From NCBI RefSeq assembly GCF_902459465.1, contig NC_047070.1, forward strand, positions 12,400,001 through 12,464,000: a stretch of DNA of 64,000 nucleotides. Direction: 5' to 3'. Shown piece by piece: positions 13,001 to 25,013 of this stretch. Each line of letters opens with the position of its first letter. The stretch's first letter is position 1. The translations under genes and the position numbers were made by a program. The notes under the pieces were generated by a model, which saw only the letters and a list, made by a program, of their open reading frames with translations, was not told the origin of the DNA and searched no databases. The stretch is from Asterias rubens. Taxonomy: Eukaryota.

Positions 13001-13244
13001 CTAGGGCAAAATTTCATAGAGCTGCTAAGCACAAAACTTTTGCTTGGCAAAACTTTTCTTCCTTGATAAAAGAGGATTAGGCCTATCAACAAAATATCCA
13101 TGTTGTGCTCAAGATAGGCAAGCAACAGCTGAATACCAGTAACAAGCAATATGTAACTGTGGTTGTTAATCTTGTTTTTATCAAGGAAGAAATTTAATGC
13201 TAAGCAAATTTGTGTGCCTAGCAGCTCTATGAAATTGGGCCCAG
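13001..13244. mobile_element. Harbinger-like MITE (GGGCCCAATTTCATAGAGC family)
   Basis: GGGCAAAATTTCATAGAGCTGCT ... AGCAGCTCTATGAAATTGGGCCC termini. Confidence 0.8.
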
Positions 13245-14195
13245 TGGTTTTTTAAATAGAAACTTTGATTGGCTATAATTTTCCCAATTTTTTATGGATC
13301 CTTCCCTTAATCCATTTCCCCCCTTAATCATGGTTACTTTTTAAAAACCTTGAGATTTCAATTGTCAAAGTGTCTATAATTGTATTTTTTTTTTTACATT
13401 TTAGCAAAAGGGCATTTATAAATGGGAATAAAAGTATAGAGACTCATTCTTAAACGTCCGTTTAAAACCTTCTTCGGCTCGGGCCTTTATCACACGGCAA
13501 CAACCCTGCCGGTTTCAAACGGGCGTTAAAGAACTCGTCGCTACCCTTTTATTCCCTTACCCTTCGTAGTCCTACCTTGTACACTCTGTTTCATTGTGGG
13601 CCACTTTAATTTCATTTACAAACATTTTCTCATGAGGAATTTAATGTGAATATATGCGTGCGGACAGCGTGATATCCACGCGAAACACCTGGGCCTAATT
13701 TTAGCTCTGTTGCCACCGTGAAATCGTCGCTTGCGATCACCATTCCACTTCCATCGACCAGCCCAAATATGGAGGAGGATCCCCTACGTGCAAATTTAAT
13801 TACACGCCTGATCTTTCCGGCGTAATTGTAAAACAAAATAACGTTGTAAAAACTGGGTTTTTTTGTCAATAATTCATATTGATGACCTTGTCAACCAATT
13901 TTACATGTAGGTCTGGAAATGCAAGTACGGATTTTGATACCCCAATTATAAATAATCAAAACATAGATCGCCACAAAACTGCAGGATCAGCAAATTGGGA
14001 AAAAACTAGCCCCCATAACCAGGTCCAACCACTCTGATTCTTAGCCAAGCACTTTTTTTTTGAAACCCTGATCTGCAATATGAATCTTACTGAGCTAAGG
14101 CCAAGTAAAATAAATAACATGTTGCTCGTCCCCGCCCGCCTCAATTTTTTTGTTATTTGTTATTAAAACAAAAAACTTAAATTAAAAAATATTTT

Positions 14196-15194
14196 AAACT
14201 AGAGCTAAATTGCATTTGTGCAGAAATGCAGAGCTGTTTCGTTAATAACATTTCCAAATTTCACAACTGAATTTGAAATTCTCTTGGCATCAAAGCAGTT
14301 ATGACCAATCCAGCCTAGTCAAAAAAATAATTTGGATTATACCATGTTCAGATAGCAATTTATGACTTAAAGTTGCTACAGTTAAAAAAAATCATAAAAA
14401 ATCATGTGATGAGGTCATCATGACGTCATTTCACAACTCACAAGAACTTGTCATTATCTAACAACCTACCAAGTTTCAACATGATCGCATAGTTACTTCG
14501 GGAGTTATATTTGTTCAAAAAGTGCACCTTTAAGGCCACGTCACATGACCCCCGCTGACGTCATTGATCTGAAACTCCACACACATGATGGCTGCCTGAC
14601 AGTAAACGTGTGTGTAAAATTTGAAGTGATTACAAAAAACTTCACCACACACATCTTCAAAAATTCAATTTTATAGAGTTTTCAACCTGCCACTAGAGGG
14701 CGCTGTTGCATTTTGTGACGTCATTGATATTTTTTTGGAACTGCCCACCCTTGCCAGGCACTAACATCGTTGAAGCAACTTCATAACTTTTGCCACTATT
14801 GAATTAGAGGGCCACTTCCGGTTTCGACCGGAAGTAGTGGTCATGTGAGGTCACGCACACGAAATAAAATGAAGACCTTATTTATCCGTACCTAATCCAG
14901 CAAACAGAAACCTACGGTCTCATGTGGCTTATTTGTTATAGATTTTCAAATATTTAAAATAAAACACCTTTAAGATGACGGCACGTGACAGGTGATGACG
15001 TCATAATGACATCCTTGTTTTGTGATGATCATTGCACCAATACCTTTCATCACTGAAAGTTTCATTGCAATTGCTCTTTAGGAACATTGCAAAACAGCAC
15101 TTATAAACTGTCATTTCTGAAACAGACAAATAAACAAATAAAAAATAAAAAACTTTAACAAAAACCAAAGCTGTTTTGCGAAACAGCTAATAAA
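14196..15194 (-). mobile_element. Helentron/HINE-like element copy A (complete, ~1 kb)
   Basis: 5' TTATTA + stem-loop GCTGTTTCGCAAAACAGC (15170-15187); 3' subTIR (14233-14241), hairpin TGCATTT..AAATGCA (14211-14230) and CTAG (14199-14202). Confidence 0.7.
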
Positions 15195-15557
15195 AAACTA
15201 GACATGATTGCATCTGTGCACAAATGCAGAGCTGTTTCGTAAATAACATTTTCAAATTTGTCAACTGATTTTGAAATGTTATTGGCATCACAGCAGTTAT
15301 GACCAATCCAGCCTATTTAAAAAAATAATTAGGATTATACTATGTTCAGATTTATGACTAAAAGGTGCTAAAATGAAAAAAAAAATCATAAACAATCATG
15401 TGATGACGTCATCATGACACCATTTCACAATTCACAAGAATTTGCCAATATCTAACAACCTACTATGTTTCAACATGATTGCATTATTACTTCGGGAGTT
15501 ATTAGAGTTCAAAAAGTGCACCTTTAAGGCCCGTCACGTGACCTCTGGTGACGTCAT

Positions 15558-18205
15558 CAGGTGTTTTCTTGGACCTGTCCAAGGCTTTCGACACTGTTAA
15601 CCATGACATTCTTTTTAGTAAATTAGAGAATATTGGTGTTCGTGGGTTGGCCCTGGAATGGTTTAAGAGCTACTAAACACACAGAAAACAATTTGTTTCG
15701 TATAATTCTAGACAATCATCCGATAAATATATTTCTTGTGGAGTTCAAGGTTCCGTATTAGGTCCTCTATTGTTCATCATCTATATAAAAGATATTTGTA
15801 GTTCGTCTAGTTTGATCTCATTCTGTATGTTTGCAGATGACACAAGCCTTTTATATAATCACCATAATGTTGACGTAGCTATACAAAACCTTAACACAGA
15901 GCTTGTTAAAATAAGTAACTGGCTTCTAGCAAATAAACTGTCAATTAATGTTCTTAAAGGGTCATTCCATGTCAAATCAACCAGTGGTCCCCAGGTGACC
16001 CCCTCATATTTTGATGAAACTTCATCAGAATGATTGGATGTGGCTCAAATGAACACATACAAAAAAGCTAAGTCATACTCCATGTCGTTTTCGAGATATG
16101 ATCCTTTGAAATTTGGTCGAGGCGGCCATTTTGTGCGCGCGCGAGTCGCAAAATGTGGTTTTTGATATAATTTCCGACTTTGAAAACTCATAATTTAGAT
16201 TTTGTACCAGGTAGAGAGCTCAAACTTGGTATTCCATCTTACTTTTTGCCAAATTTCATGAATCTGCACTCAATTTAAATGTATCTCCTTTAATTTTCTA
16301 GTTATGGTCACCCAAAGTAGGCACTTTAATCAGCCAAAAATGTTTTTTGTGATAATTGGGGTCACCCTGTGCCCACATGAGGGGTCAAATGAAACCTATA
16401 TTCCCTAGTTATTATCTATGGGTGCATGTCTTTACCCATAAGCAATTATAAGCTCACCAATGCATTCATTTAGAAATAGCATGGACCCAAAGTTGGTTCC
16501 AGCCAGAAAAAGGTCAAAAAGACCCCGCCCGTCTTGACCCCGGTTGACCCCGCGATCAATTGAAACACTTTTTGAAATTGATACCAGTTAAACATATATA
16601 TTATATCTACTTATACACCAATTTTCAGCTTTAGCACTCAACTCCTTCATGGTGTGGTGGCAATTTGAATATTATATGTTTTTGGCACATTTTATGGTAA
16701 TATCATACAGTATACATGTACATGTACATTCATGTACACATGTACAATACATGGTAATATATGTTTCATCATTCTGATGAAGTTTCATCAAAATCTGAGA
16801 GGGTCACCTGGGAACTTTTCTGAAAACTGGTTGATTTGACACGGAATGACCCTAAAATAAACTCTATAATTGTTTGTGCCAGGCAAAGAAAATATGTGTG
16901 CCATGTACCCCTCTGTTTAAATGGCAGTGCTCTCAACAAAACAAAGAGTTGTAAATTCTTAGGTATTAATATTGATGAGAACTTGTCCTGGAAAAAACAC
17001 ATAGATGTTTTAACCACCAAAATCTCAAAAAATGTTGGTATTATGAGTAGATTGAAATATTTTCTACCGCAAAAGATTTTGTTAACTTTATACAATGCAT
17101 TCATTCTTTCATATTTAAATAACGCAATATTATCCTGGGGTCACGGAAAGGCACTATGTAACAAACTTGTACTATTGCAAAAGAAAGCCGATAGAAGTAT
17201 TACAAAAGCTTATTATCTTTCTCATTCAGCTCCTATATTTGCCAAACTTAAAGTGCTCAAATTTAATGACCTGTATTGTCTGAACTTGGGTAAATTCATG
17301 TTCAAGAACAAATACCGCCTGTTACCTAATAGCTTTAATGAAATGTTTACTTTAGCTTCATCGATACATTCTCATGGTGCTCGTAAAGCATTGAAGGGGG
17401 ATCTGTATGTCAATCACAATAGAACTTCAATTCATAAAAATAGCGTTGTGCAAAGAGGAGTAGAATATTGGAATAGTCTTCCCATACATTTTAAGCAACC
17501 TTCTACAATCAGTACATTTTCAAGAAAACTTAAACACTACTTGCTAGATACTTATCTGTAATGCCATCAAAATCTAATGTTGTTCTATTTAATCGCTTGA
17601 TTTGTTTGGTCTCGGCTGTCAGCTTGTGTATACCTGTGTGTCTGTTTTGTCTCTCAAATAGGGATACTTTGGTACACTTTTGGTAGTAATTGGCGTCTTA
17701 CTTCACGAAAGCATGATGTATTTTTTTTTGGGTCATACTGTTGCATTATTTTGTTCTCTGATTTTTATCATCATTGAAATTAGGCATATTTATGTACAAT
17801 TTAATCGGCAATCACTCTACCTGTATTTTCAAGAAAAAAAACTACAATAACTACTACTCAAATGCATATTCCTTATAACCTTATATTTCATGACTTTAAT
17901 AGTACAAGTTGATTTAATGGTGACTTGCCTTTGTGTTGTTTGTAGGCCTACACCTATCGTCTGACCATGTTGTCCCTTGTCTTTGTTTGTGTTCCTTGGT
18001 ATCATGTTTGTCTGTCAATAGGTTAGGGCACAAAAGCATTTTGCTTAAACCTTACACCTAAATGTTGTCTTTAAATTACTGCTTATTTATTTTTTGAAGT
18101 ATTGTGTACCTAATCATACCTCATACTATATTGCTTGTTTTAAATTTTGACATAAATGTACGCTATTGTATTATTGTTTTGTATGACAGCATTGAAATAA
18201 ATGTA
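15558..18205 (+). pseudogene. 5'-truncated CR1/L2-group (Crack-like) LINE RT plus 3' UTR
   Basis: [52 protein letters not shown]; stop at 17559-17561; AATAAA at ~18196. Confidence 0.92.
15958..16853. mobile_element. TTAA-type (Kolobok-like) non-autonomous transposon inside the LINE RT
   Basis: ~80-bp imperfect TIRs starting AGGGTCATTCC(A/G)TGTCAAATCAACCA, TTAA at 15954-15957. The LINE frame resumes after it. Confidence 0.85.
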
Positions 18206-18340
18206 CTGAATATATGAAACTTCACACATATGACGGCTGCCTGACGATCAACATGTGTGTAAATTTTGAGGTGATTACAAAAAACTTCACCACACACATC
18301 TTCAAAATGTCCATTTGAAAGCGTTTTTAACCTGCCGCTA

Positions 18341-18892
18341 TCGTTGCGGTACCCGCTGCCAAACCATAGGATTCGAACTGCCTCTAGCTACCGCGCAACC
18401 TCGGTAGTCTAGTTGGTAAGACACTGCTCTAGAATTGCAAGGGTCGTGGGTTCAAACCCCACCCGAGTAACATGCCTGTGATATTTTTTCACAGGACTCG
18501 GGAAAGTACTGAGTATACAGTGCTAACACACATCGGTGTATGGGTAAAAACCAAAATTAACATTCTTTATCCCTGATGCAAATTTAACATCTCTTATATC
18601 GTTGCGGTACCCGCTGCCAAAACATAGGATTCGAACTGCCTCTAGCTTCCAGACAACCTTAGTAGTCTAGTTGGTAAGACACTGCTCTAGAATTGCAAGG
18701 GTTGTGGGTTCGAATCCCATCCGAGTAACCTGCCTGTGATATTTTTTCACAGGACTCGGGAAAGTACTGAGTATACAGTGCTAACACACATCGCTGTATG
18801 GGTAAAAACCAAAATTAATATTCTTTATCCCCGATGCAAATTTAACGTCTCTTATATCGCTGCAAAAACATAGGATTCGAACTGCTTCTAGC
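18341..18892 (+). repeat. tRNA-derived 258-bp unit, ~2.1 tandem copies
   Basis: Units start at 18343 and 18601. Each contains an A box TAGTCTAGTTGG, a B box GGTTC(G/A)AA(T/C)CC and a foldable cloverleaf (18398-18470). Confidence 0.8.
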
Positions 18893-20812
18893 TGATGGTA
18901 TGTCGTTACAAATCAAATCTGTTTGGCTTGTTCACTGGCCTGCCTATCGGGTCACTGTCGGCGTTCCTGAGGGGCGGTTAGAAAGCAGTCTGCTCTCGGG
19001 TTGTGAAGGAGCATTGTGAACAGGGGTTGGTTTGGTAGAACTCAGAGGAGCTGGTCACAGATGAATCCTGTAACCTCTGAGCTGACTTCCACTTTCCGTT
19101 TCCACATTGTAGGATCGAGGAGTAGTTGATTTGCTCATAACTCTACCTTGGCTCCAGGTTTTGTTAATCGGATTTTGGATGTAGATGGGTTGGTCATTGA
19201 GAAGTTCTTGGATAGGGGTACTGGTAGAGCGTCTGTTGTAGTATTGCGTTTGCGAAGACTGGTCTGCCTGCAGTATATCTCGCACATCTTCTCGATCTGG
19301 TGGAGGGTGCTGAACTGAAGGTAGTGTCATCTTGTATTTCCTTCTGTTCAGTAGCTCCGCAGGGGATGCAAGGTTTGCCTTGAGTGGAGTTGCATGGAGA
19401 GTTAGGAGGGCTAAGTTGGGATCGTCCCCCGACTCTCGACATTTGGTGAGGACTCTCTTCACTGTTTGGATATGTCTTTCAATGAATCCATGACCTCTGG
19501 GGTAGAACAGTGAGGAAGTTTGGATCTGAAATCCGTACTGCTGTGCTAGGGCTCGGAATTGGGAAGAGGTGAACTGCGTGCCATTGTCACATAAGATAAC
19601 CTCTGGGATGCCTTGTTCGGCAAAAAGCACACGTGAAACTCTTGTGATGGTGCTTGCGGTGAGGTTTTCAAGTTTGCGGAAAAACGGAAATTTCGAGAAA
19701 TGGTGTATACGGACTTTCATCTCTGGTATCTCATGCTTTTCCACAGGGGAGTGTTGAGAGTGCATCCGCAATGACCATTTCTTTACCAGGCTTGTAGCGT
19801 AGTTCTATATCGTAAGCCTGTAGACGCAGAAGCATGCGCTGTAGTCGTGGTGGGGCCTGCATTAAGTTTTTCTTGTGGATATGCTGGGGTGGGCGGTGGT
19901 CACTTTCCACAATGAATCGTCTGCCGTACAGGTAAGTATGAAACTTCTCACATCCGTACAGGACTGCTAGTAATTCTTGCTCTATGTTTGCATATCGTGT
20001 CTCTGTTGGTGTAAGAGCTTTTGATGCAAATGCTATCGGACGACCTTTTTGTACCAGGGTTGCTCCTAGTCCTCTGGTTGATGCATCAACTTGCAGTATT
20101 ACAGGCTGCTTCTGGTCGTAGTAAGCGAGAGTGGTGTCTGATGCTATCAGAGCTTTGATGGAGTTGAACACTTTTGTGTGTGATGGAGACCAGATGTACT
20201 CAACATCCTCACGAAGGAGTGTCCGCAGTGATGCAGAGAAGGTTCGCAGTTGTTTTCTGTCACCTGGGGGCTGCATAATTTCAACCGCCTTTACTTTATC
20301 TGGGTGGGGTTAACTCCATCGGGTGAGTATATCAGTCCGAAAAAACTACATTCAGTCGTTTTGATGATGCATTTTTCGGCATTCAACTTGATCACCGCAC
20401 GTCTGGTGCTTTCCATAGCTTCATGAAGGTGAAAGTCATGGTCTCTTGCACTTTTGCCGAATAGTTGGATATCGTCAGCGATGCCCACAGTGCTTTCGCG
20501 TACACAATAAGTTTCATCTATCTTTTGTTGAAATACATCCTGACTCATCCTGAGACCAAAAGGCATTCTCAAGAATTGGTATCGGCCAAAAGGGGTGTTG
20601 AATGTGGTAAAATACGTAGATTGTTCATCTAACCCGACGTTCCAATAGCCGTTTCTGGTTTCTAGGATCAAGCTTGCTAAACATTTTGGCATCGGATAGC
20701 TTTAGTATGATTTCTTCGAGAGTAGGCACAGGGTAGTGATCTCTTTTGATGGCCCGGTTGAGGTCCTTGGGATCTAGACATAGGCGCAGTCGGCCGTTGG
20801 CTTTATATCACC

Positions 20813-22381
20813 CAGGCCCGTGAGAGCACATTTTTTCAAGGGGTGCTGGATTTTCCAAATCCATCGATTCGCGGTATGCGAATCCAAAACGGCGTGGGGT
20901 CCGGGGCCCGCTTAAGGGCCCTGGAAGTTTTTTGGTCCTAGATGCTCTGTCGTGCATTCTCATCCATTATTTGCCACTTAAATTTATCTCTTGGAGGTGG
21001 GATATTATCGGTAATTGAAAATAATAATTACCCCACAATGCATTTTATTTAACACAAACACAAAGGAAATACAGCACTATAATTCTACAACGGTTCTTAT
21101 TTTTAAAAAAGCGACAGCTATGTTCCGACAAACCAGGGGGCGTCAATCCGTCTTTCGGGGAGACATAACATTTACGACGTGGGGTCCGGGCCCGCTTTAG
21201 GGCCCCTGAAAAATTTTCAGGCCGTAATGCTCTCTGATGCAATCTAGGGAGTCTAAGGGGTGATGTGCCCCTCTCTCAGATGTTGGAATTTAATGCCTAT
21301 TTCAAGGTATGATGCATCTATTTTTGCTATCATGGTTATTGTACGTAAAAACAATTATAGATTCGCAATATCCATATTGTTTCTGCACTGTAATGCTCAG
21401 ACAGCGTTTCATCCCTATCATCGTCAAAGGCAAGAAAGTTTAGGGGAGGGGGTGGGGGGTTGGTGAGTGTGGTTACATCTATTAAAGATGGAGCCTACTA
21501 TAAAGCGAAACGCAAAGCCTTTTACGGGAAAATTGTGCATTCTATAGATGCTCTGTAGTGCAGTCTTAGGCCAATAAGTAAAGTAAACAAAAGTAAATCT
21601 TCTAATAATACTATAGAGCTGTATCATAATGTTTTAAAAAATTTTACATTGTTTTTTTTAACCTGTTTTCTTGAATAAGTTGAAGAGAACTGCAGCTGGC
21701 TAAGAGTCATACACAAAGTCTCACAGGACAATAGTCATAACAGATGTTTCTTCCACGTATGGCTTAACTGGGACACCACACTTTCTTGTGATATAATAGA
21801 TAAATAACATGAAAATTATAGAATAGCAGGATTTAGGCTATACAGAAAAAATTGTGTACACATGACATTAACGGAGGTCGGCCGCTCAACCGTTGACTTG
21901 TCTTAGCCATCCGTCGAGTTGTCTCAAAGTCAAGTTGTTTGCACCATCGAGTTGTTCAAACGGACGACTTGTCCGATGGACGAGTTGTCTACCATTCGTA
22001 CGAGTTGTCTACCATTCGTACTAAGAACCGGCGGCAGTGCACAGACTTCACAACATCGCGATCGACATACACACAGCTAGACGTCTCCCTCCCTCTTCAC
22101 GCATGGCATTAGACGTATAATGTGTTTTTAAAAGCAGTTCTATCCTATCCTTGCTGCATGATTTTAGCGTAGCTGCGCCGGCTAGTGGGAGCTAAAAATT
22201 GATTTGTTATAAACTGTTACCCTTTTTTTCACTCAGGGGTTTTAGGGGCGAGTTAAAAATAGTTATTATGTTACAACCATTAACGTTCGAAAAGTAGGGG
22301 TGCTTTAGCATACTCCAGCACCCCCTTCATTTTTGGTAGGGGTACTGCAGCACCCACAGCACCCCCGCTCTCGCGGGCCTG
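20813..22381. mobile_element. Non-autonomous hAT-type element inserted in the Gypsy-1 RT
   Basis: 15-bp TIR CAGGCCCG(T/C)GAGAGC; 8-bp TSD ATATCACC (20805-20812) / GTATCACC (22382-22389). The RT text NSLVI|KPNGRLRLCLDP is split by it. Confidence 0.9.
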
Positions 22382-24217
22382 GTATCACCAGTGAGTTAAC
22401 CCAGTGTGTTGGCTTGGAAACTTTCATGATAATCGCCTTGGATTCCATCTCATCTAACTCTCCCATGAGTTTATCTCTGATCTCCAAGGGGACCCTACGT
22501 GGTGGGTGTATAACCTGTCTAGCTTCCGGATCGAGAGTGATGTGGTATTTAAAGTTCTCAAAGCAGCCAACAGTGCCATCGAAGTAATCGGGATACATTT
22601 CGAGGAGGTCAGATTTACTCCCAATATTCGGCCTCTCGAGCAGTGGTGTATTTCTGTGGATGTATTTCGGAGAACGATGTAGTGTTGGTGATTCCGATGT
22701 CGTCACCAATGGGTCAGCGAAGTGGACGCGTTGATTGCTACATGTGTCTGTCGTGAGCTTTTCCTGTTGATGTTGGACAGGATTATTTTTCTGCCCATTC
22801 TCCACCACAGTTGTTGTTTCCACTGCACAGTGAAGTGTGATCAAGTGAAGGGCTTGGCATGTCTTTAAGCCAAGGATTGCTGGCCCCGCTGCATCAGTGA
22901 CGTAGAAAACGCAGTTGTGCTTTGTGTCGTTGTACATGCATGGAATTTTCACTGTGCCCAGTTGCTTGATCTTGGATCCGCCGTATGCAGCGAGTGCCAT
23001 CTTGCTACATAGTTTCCAGAGTGCTGGGCTCTGGGTTCCCGTTACTGTCCAATTTCTCTGGAAAAATAATGCGGAACAGATGGACGGGTAAAAGATTGCT
23101 CTGTGCATCAGTGTCTACTTTGCACCGGAGCATGATTGGTTTTCTGCCTTTCTGGTTTATGCGTAACTTTGCATTTACTTCATCTCTCGTGTCATCGGAC
23201 GAGCCAATACTGCTGACTTCTATGGTGCCAATGGTGAGGTATTCATCAACAATTTCATCCTCGTTAAGGTAATGCACTCGTCTGCGTGGAGATTTGTGGC
23301 GAGGTTTGCCTTTTGGGGGTTTCCTACATCTGCATACTGATTGCCAGTGGTTGTCTTTCCCACAGTTTCGGCATGTGCTGCCATAGGCGGGGCAGTTGCT
23401 CTTTGGTACTAGCTTCTGCACTCGGCCGCAATTGTAGCATGTAGGCAGTTTGTTCCTGGCTGTTTTGATCTGGTTGTGCGTGATGCATTTATGGACTTTT
23501 CAGTCGTGCCGGCTTGTTTCTGGTAGGGACTTGAGTTGATTGGTAGTTGCTTCATGGCTTTGAGCAACATCGATGGCATCATTTAGTGTTAGTTTCTCGT
23601 CCCCTCCTATCAGCACTTTCTGTACGTCTTTGTGTGACATTGCCAGATCAATTGGTCAACAAGACGATCTTCCATTTTTTTGTCCTCTCTGTATTTGCAT
23701 TTGACAGCTATGGCTTTCATCTTTGTCACAAAATCAGCAACTGCCTCATCGACATTTTGTCGCATGTCTTGCAATTTGTATCGGTAGATTCGCTCTTTTG
23801 ACCTTGGTTCCAAGTGTTGCTGGAAGCGGGACAGTAGCTTATCTGGCTTTTTTCTGTCTTCCTCTTCTTCAAAGGTCCAGCTATTGTATTTATCTAAACC
23901 TTGTTCTCCTACCCATAGAAAGAGATAGCTTGCTCTCTCTTCATCATTTGCAGATTTTAGTACGCTGGAAAACATGAGTTCACATTTTTGTTTGAACCTG
24001 GAGAACGTTACTACAACATCTGGCGCTTCCCAGTCCATCTGGGGAGCTGAGACTGCAGAGCTGAATGCCATTGTAATGTGTTGTATTACACAGTATAGTA
24101 TAATTTATAGTTCTCAGTTCTGTTTTTAACGTTTTGATTTAACGTGAGCGAAAATGGCAAGAAAATCACACATTTATATGATGACTTTGTTTTGCTACTC
24201 ACATAAGTCTTCAGTTT

Positions 24218-24230
24218 ACCGCTGCCACCA
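24218..24230 (-). promoter_or_regulatory. Primer binding site of Gypsy-1, tRNA-Leu(AAG/UAG) type
   Basis: TGGTGGCAGCGGT immediately after the LTR end ...TTACA. Confidence 0.8.
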
Positions 24231-25013
24231 TGTAATGCCTCCTGCTGGCATTTAGACAGAGGGACTGAGCTTGTATCATGAACTTTGGTAGTTTTAATCA
24301 CGTTAACACTTGGCATACATGTTCAGGGAAAGGTACATGAGTGAGGGGTTAGACTCTAGAGGACGCTAGTCCTGTATGTATGCATGTGTGAATGTGACAT
24401 GCACCACTATTGATAAGTGGTCAAGGGGACCCGACAAATAAAAGCGAAATAACGTTAATATCAAAGGTGCTGGGGCCAATGATACGGAGTGAATTGGACC
24501 AATTTATGGGGCTTTATTCAAACACACACGATTGTTCACTCATTCATTTGACTGTAAACTAACATTACGCCTATTTGTCACCAAAGCGAAATCAAAATGG
24601 CCGGCGATCTGTACACGATCACGTGATCTAATGCAACAACGGCTGTTAGTTTACATTTTTATAACATATTGGTAATTGTATTGATCAGTGCACTGAAAAT
24701 AATGTAGCCTGTTGCAAAATAAATATCAACTAAAACAAATCGATCCGCCGCGGATGGGAACGCTAATTTTGGTTTCTGTGAATTTCTCCTTGATTGTATT
24801 TTTTTCAAAAAATTCCTTTTGGTAAACCTGACTTTAAATAAGGGAATCAATGTGTGGCGAAGAGGTTTCCAACTAGTGGTTTAATCCCAACGAGGCCTGG
24901 TTCTTGATCATTTTACCAAGACGAAGTCGAGGTAAATTATATTCAGAAGTCAGTAGGTCATCTCAATGAAAAAATATGTTCATAATCTCTCTCTCTGCAT
25001 CTGTTTACAATCC

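Larger units (their letters stand above)
15195..18340 (-). mobile_element. HINE-like copy B, head-to-tail with A, interrupted by a LINE and broken at 18340
   Basis: 15195-15557 and 18213-18340 align with A 14196-14695. Confidence 0.75.
18900..24436 (-). mobile_element. Ty3/Gypsy LTR retrotransposon 1, degenerate, 3' LTR missing
   Basis: gag (23610-24071), CCHC knuckles, protease DTD (mutated DTG), RT (MPFGL, IADDI), RNase H (LQVDASTRGLG), integrase (CDNGTQF, GFIERHI). The 5' LTR starts at 24231 and its far end (~24400-24436) is uncertain. Confidence 0.92.

Noticed and set aside
18398-18470. Functional tRNA-Ser(AGA) gene
   Set aside because: The anticodon and acceptor stems are mispaired, there is no long variable arm, and it is embedded in a multi-copy 258-bp repeat.
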